Shown one piece after another: positions 60,253-64,000 of a stretch of 64,000 nt of DNA. Where the stretch lies: NCBI GenBank assembly GCA_965199715.1, contig OZ241322.1:2208001-2272000 (forward strand). The letters are read 5' to 3'. This stretch comes from Vicinamibacteria bacterium (GTDB lineage: Bacteria; Acidobacteriota; Vicinamibacteria; Marinacidobacterales; Marinacidobacteraceae). Each line of letters opens with the position of its first letter. The stretch's first letter is position 1. A model generated the notes under the pieces. The model searched no databases. It was not told where the DNA came from and saw only the letters and a list, made by a program, of their open reading frames with translations. A program made the translations under genes and the position numbers.

Positions 60253-61679
60253 TGAGTCAGGGCGATTCGCGCGCTTGAGCCTACCGACTTCGCCGGGGCG
60301 AGCTGCGCCGAGGCGAGGAGGACGACCGATCCGACCGCCATGCCGACGAGCGCCGGGGGGACCACGAGACCGCGTCCCTCGAGCAGGAGGTGCGACGAGA
60401 GCCCGGCGGCCATGGCGAGCGCCGCGCCCCGCGCCGGGACTTCGGGCAGCATCAGGCCGAGCGTGAGGACCGGCCCGAGCCCCGAGGCGAACGCGCCGAA
60501 GGCGAGCGTCCCGAGGAACGCGATGAGCGCGCCGCCGCCGAGGTGGGCCGCGGCGATCCCGAGCGCGACGAGCCCCACGGCGAGGCACGCCGCCCGCGCC
60601 GCGAGCAGGCCGGAGAACCCCCCGCCCCCGAACGCCCGCGGCAGGTCCCGGACGAGCGCGGCGGCGGCGAGGTTCATGAACGTGTCGGCGGTCGAGAGGA
60701 TGGCCGCGAGCACGGCCGCGGCGACGAGGCCGACGAGCGCCGGCGGGGCCTCGAGGATGCGCAGCACGAGGAACGAGGCCTCGTCCGGGTGCCCCAGCGC
60801 GTGGAGCCGGCCTTCGGCGGCGAGGACCATGGCTCCGAGGCCGAGCCCGATCCAGACCAGCAGGCTGAGCGCGTGCGCCCCGCCGAGAACCATGGGCAGG
60901 AACCGGAGCGCGTCGGGGTTCCGGAGCATGAGGAACTTGTGCAGCGAGTGCGGCTGCCCGAACACGCCGATCGAGAACAGCAGCATCATCCCGAACGCGG
61001 TCCCCGGGCTCCAGACGCCCACCGGGTCCAGCCGCTCGGGCGCAAGGCGAGCGAGCGCGTCCAGCGCCTCGCCGGGCCCGCCGAGCCGGCCGAGCACGAA
61101 CGCGAACGCGGCGACCGCGCCTATGGCCATCAGGATTCCCTGGAACACGTCGGTGTCCACCGACGCGATCATCCCGCCGAGCAGCGAATAGGCCAGTAGC
61201 AGCGAGAGGCCCAGCGCGAGGCTGGCCCCGGTCCCGAGGTCGGGAAAGGCGAAGCGCAGCGCGACCGAGAGCGCCGCGATCTGGAGGCCGAGGTAGAGGA
61301 CGCTCCCGAGCAGGATCGCGACCGCGGCGAAGCCGCCCGGAAGCCGGCTGTCGAAGCGGAACCGGAGCGCCTCGGGGATCGTGAAGGCGCCGCTCGCCTC
61401 GGCGATGAGGGCCAGCCGCCGGCCCACCGTCCGGCAGACGAGCGCGGCGGTGAACCCGATCGGGACCACGAGGAAGAGCGCGCCGGCGCCGACCTCGTGC
61501 ATCAGCCCGGCGCCGCCGACGAAGACGAACCCGCTGAACGAGGACGCGGCGGCGCCGAGCCCGGCGCGGAACGCCCCGAGCCGCCGCCCAGCGGCGAAGA
61601 AGTCGATCGCGCTGCGGGTCCGCCGGGCCGCCCAGGCCCCGATCGCGAGCGTGATCGCGAGCGTCAGGACCGGGATCAC
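60249..61679 (-). CDS. sodium:solute symporter (SSS family)
   Basis: DFFAAGR, ASSFSG, GGMIASVDTDVFQG, GQPH, AAILSTAD and many TM helices. Confidence 0.9.
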   Translation of the reverse strand: MIPVLTLAITLAIGAWAARRTRSAIDFFAAGRRLGAFRAGLGAAASSFSGFVFVGGAGLMHEVGAGALFLVVPIGFTAALVCRTVGRRLALIAEASGAFTIPEALRFRFDSRLPGGFAAVAILLGSVLYLGLQIAALSVALRFAFPDLGTGASLALGLSLLLAYSLLGGMIASVDTDVFQGILMAIGAVAAFAFVLGRLGGPGEALDALARLAPERLDPVGVWSPGTAFGMMLLFSIGVFGQPHSLHKFLMLRNPDALRFLPMVLGGAHALSLLVWIGLGLGAMVLAAEGRLHALGHPDEASFLVLRILEAPPALVGLVAAAVLAAILSTADTFMNLAAAALVRDLPRAFGGGGFSGLLAARAACLAVGLVALGIAAAHLGGGALIAFLGTLAFGAFASGLGPVLTLGLMLPEVPARGAALAMAAGLSSHLLLEGRGLVVPPALVGMAVGSVVLLASAQLAPAKSVGSSARIALTQ

Positions 61680-62035
61680 TCGCGGCCCTCCCGCAGCTTC
61701 TTCAGAACCTCCGGGTCCACCGGCTCGAAGGCGAGCGCGAACCCGGTCGCCGTGACGAGGAGCGGGACGGCGGAGACTCCCAGCAGCAGCCCGAGGAAGC
61801 CCGTTTCCGGCGAGAGCGCCGCGAAGAGGCCGCCCAGGAGGAGCGACGCGAAGAGCGCGGCGCCGAGAAGCCGGTCGCCCCTCCGGCGCGGCGTCCCGCT
61901 CGCCCACAGCGCGGCGACGAGGACCGCGAACAGGACCGCGTGGAGCGCCCCCGCGCCGGGCAGGAGCAGCGCCGCGAGCACCGCCGCGACCAGCGAGAGG
62001 GCGACGACGGCGGCGTGGTTACGATTCGGGCCCAT
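61676..62035 (-). CDS. small membrane protein coupled to the SSS symporter
   Basis: Four hydrophobic segments; its stop overlaps the symporter GTG. Start uncertain. Confidence 0.6.
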   Translation of the reverse strand: MGPNRNHAAVVALSLVAAVLAALLLPGAGALHAVLFAVLVAALWASGTPRRRGDRLLGAALFASLLLGGLFAALSPETGFLGLLLGVSAVPLLVTATGFALAFEPVDPEVLKKLREGRE

Positions 62036-62822
62036 GCGTTTTCTGCTCGCGTCGTCCGTCCTGCTCGTCGCCGGGTGCGACGCGCCCCGACTCGGTCCCG
62101 AGGCGGTGGCCGACTGGCGGATGGTCGATCTGAGCCACGGCTACGGAGACACTACGCTGTATTGGCCCACGGACACGCGCGGGTTCGAGCTCACCTCGCT
62201 CGCCGACGGCGTGACCCAGGCCGGCTTCTACTACGCGGCCGGGGAGTTCGCGAGCGCCGAGCACGGCGGAACCCACCTCGACGCGCCCTCGCACTTCGCC
62301 GAAGGCGGCGTGGACGCCGCCGAGGTCCCGCTCTCCCGGCTGATCGCGCCCGGAGTCGTGGTGGACGTGCGGGAAGGCGCCGCCGCCGACCCCGACTACC
62401 GGGTCGGTCCGGACGAGATCGCCGCGTGGGAAGCGGCGCACGGAACGATCGCGCCGGGGACGGCGGTGCTGTTCCGCACCGGCTGGGCCGAGCGCTGGCC
62501 CGAGGCCGGGCCGTACTTGGGCGACGACGCCCCGGGCGACGCGGGAAACCTGCATTTTCCGGGGATCCACGCTTCGGCGATGGAGCTTCTCGTCGAGCGG
62601 GACGTCGCGCTCGTGGGCGTGGACACGGCGAGCATCGACCACGGCCCCTCGGCGGACTTTCTCGCGCATCAGGTGGGCGCGGCCGCCGGGATCCCGAATC
62701 TGGAGAACGTGGCCGATCTCAGCGAAATCCCGCCGACCGGCTTCCTGCTGCTGGCGCTCCCGATGAAGATCGAGGGCGGGAGCGGCGCCCCGGTCCGGAT
62801 CGTCGCGCTCATTCCGGAGTAG
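62034..62822 (+). CDS. cyclase family (kynurenine formamidase-like) lipoprotein
   Basis: Lipobox VAGC, EHGGTHLDAPSHF, GVDTASID, NLENV, GGSGAPVRIVA. Confidence 0.92.
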   Translation: MRFLLASSVLLVAGCDAPRLGPEAVADWRMVDLSHGYGDTTLYWPTDTRGFELTSLADGVTQAGFYYAAGEFASAEHGGTHLDAPSHFAEGGVDAAEVPLSRLIAPGVVVDVREGAAADPDYRVGPDEIAAWEAAHGTIAPGTAVLFRTGWAERWPEAGPYLGDDAPGDAGNLHFPGIHASAMELLVERDVALVGVDTASIDHGPSADFLAHQVGAAAGIPNLENVADLSEIPPTGFLLLALPMKIEGGSGAPVRIVALIPE

Positions 62823-62832
62823 CGCGGCTCCC

Positions 62833-64000
62833 GTGCCCGCCCGGCTGCGGGCGTTTCTCGGCCTGCTCCGGGAAGCGCTGCGGGGCACCGACCGCGACCT
62901 GACCCGGGGGGCGCTCGGCCCCTCCGTCTTCGTGCTGGCGGTCCCGATGGCGCTGGAGATGGTCGGCGAGTCCATCTTCGCGGTCGTGGACGCCTTCTTC
63001 GTCGCCCGGCTCGGCGCGGCGGCGCTCGCGGCCGCCGGCATCACCGAGACCGCGCTCGGGCTCGTGTACGCGGTCGCGATCGGCTTCTCCTTCGCCGTGA
63101 CCGCGCTCGTGGCGCGCCGCTACGGCGAAGGGGACCGGAAAGAGGCGGCCTGCGCCGGGGTGCAGGCGATCGGCCTCGGGATCGTCGCGTCCCTCGTCAT
63201 CGGGGCGCTCGGCGCGATCTACGCGCCCGAGATCCTCACGTTGATGGGGGCCGACGAGGAGACGGTCGCCGTCGGAACCCCGCACGCCCGGATCATGTAC
63301 GGGGGGATGGCCACGATCCTGCTGCTGTTCCTGAACAACGCCATCCTGCGCGGCGCCGGGGACGCGCCGGCGGCCATGCGGGCGCTGTGGCTGTCGAACG
63401 GGATCAACATCGTGCTGGATCCCTGCCTGATCTTCGGACTGGGCCCGTTCCCCGAGTTCGGCCTCCCCGGGGCCGCGATCGCCACCACGATCGGGCGCGG
63501 GACCGGCGTGCTCTACCAGTTCTGGGTGCTCGCCCGGGGCGCCCGGCTGCGCATCCGGCGCGAGGACATGCACGTCCACTGGAACGTCCTGAAGAACCTC
63601 TGCCGGGTCTCGGTGGGCGGGGTCGCGCAGATGCTGGCCGACATGCTCCCATGGATCGTCCTGATCCGCATCATCGCGAGCTTCGGCACCGTCGCCGTGG
63701 CCGGCTGGGTCATCGCCGTGCGGATCGCGCTCTTCGTGCTGCTGCCGTGCTGGGGGCTGTCGAACGCCGCCTCCACCATCGTGGGCCAGAACCTCGGGGC
63801 GGGGAAGCCGGAGCGGGCCGAACGCGGGGTGCGGATCACCGGCCTGTGGAACATGGCCTTCATGGGGTGCGTGACGGTCGTGTTCGTCGCGTTCGCGCCG
63901 CAGATCGCCGGGTTCTTCACCGACGACCCCGAAGTGCTCGGGATCGCCGCCGCCGCGCTGCGCGTGGTCAGCTACGGCTACGTGCTCTACGCCTGGGGAA
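62833..64000 (+). CDS. MATE family efflux transporter (runs off the window end)
   Basis: Frame 1 reads LAVPMALEM...VVDAFFVARLG, LRGAGD, NIVLDPCLIFG, GAAIAT, VGQNLGAGKPERA. Confidence 0.93.
   Translation, partial: MPARLRAFLGLLREALRGTDRDLTRGALGPSVFVLAVPMALEMVGESIFAVVDAFFVARLGAAALAAAGITETALGLVYAVAIGFSFAVTALVARRYGEGDRKEAACAGVQAIGLGIVASLVIGALGAIYAPEILTLMGADEETVAVGTPHARIMYGGMATILLLFLNNAILRGAGDAPAAMRALWLSNGINIVLDPCLIFGLGPFPEFGLPGAAIATTIGRGTGVLYQFWVLARGARLRIRREDMHVHWNVLKNLCRVSVGGVAQMLADMLPWIVLIRIIASFGTVAVAGWVIAVRIALFVLLPCWGLSNAASTIVGQNLGAGKPERAERGVRITGLWNMAFMGCVTVVFVAFAPQIAGFFTDDPEVLGIAAAALRVVSYGYVLYAWG

Overview
Very GC-rich, gene-dense bacterial chromosomal window. The gene content (FN3-repeat, NHL-repeat and Ig-like lipoproteins, several amidohydrolases and D-aminoacylases, an MmeI-like RM gene) suggests an Acidobacteriota-type, possibly host-associated genome; this is inference only. 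Most of it is housekeeping and metabolism: ligA, fabI, leuA/C/D, ilvD, ilvE, panE, ddl, glpK, tag, peptidoglycan-recycling hydrolases, an ABC transporter, MscS, an SSS symporter and a MATE pump. No rRNA, tRNA or CRISPR array was seen. The unusual items are: (1) an IS256 copy whose transposase stays open but carries many A:T->G:C substitutions at conserved residues, with the same skew in nearby pseudogenes; (2) a single-chain AddB-AddA fusion whose AddA C-terminal part appears split off as a separate gene; (3) a LigA with a tandem duplication of its helix-hairpin-helix domain; (4) an MmeI-like type IIL RM gene frameshifted at a C10 tract, next to an ATPase/Mrr deletion chimera; (5) a recurrent TAnnnT box 6-8 nt before start codons, implying leaderless mRNAs; (6) several decaying genes (FN3 lipoprotein, HNH nuclease, aspartyl protease). 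Family assignments come from motif recognition by eye, not from database searches.
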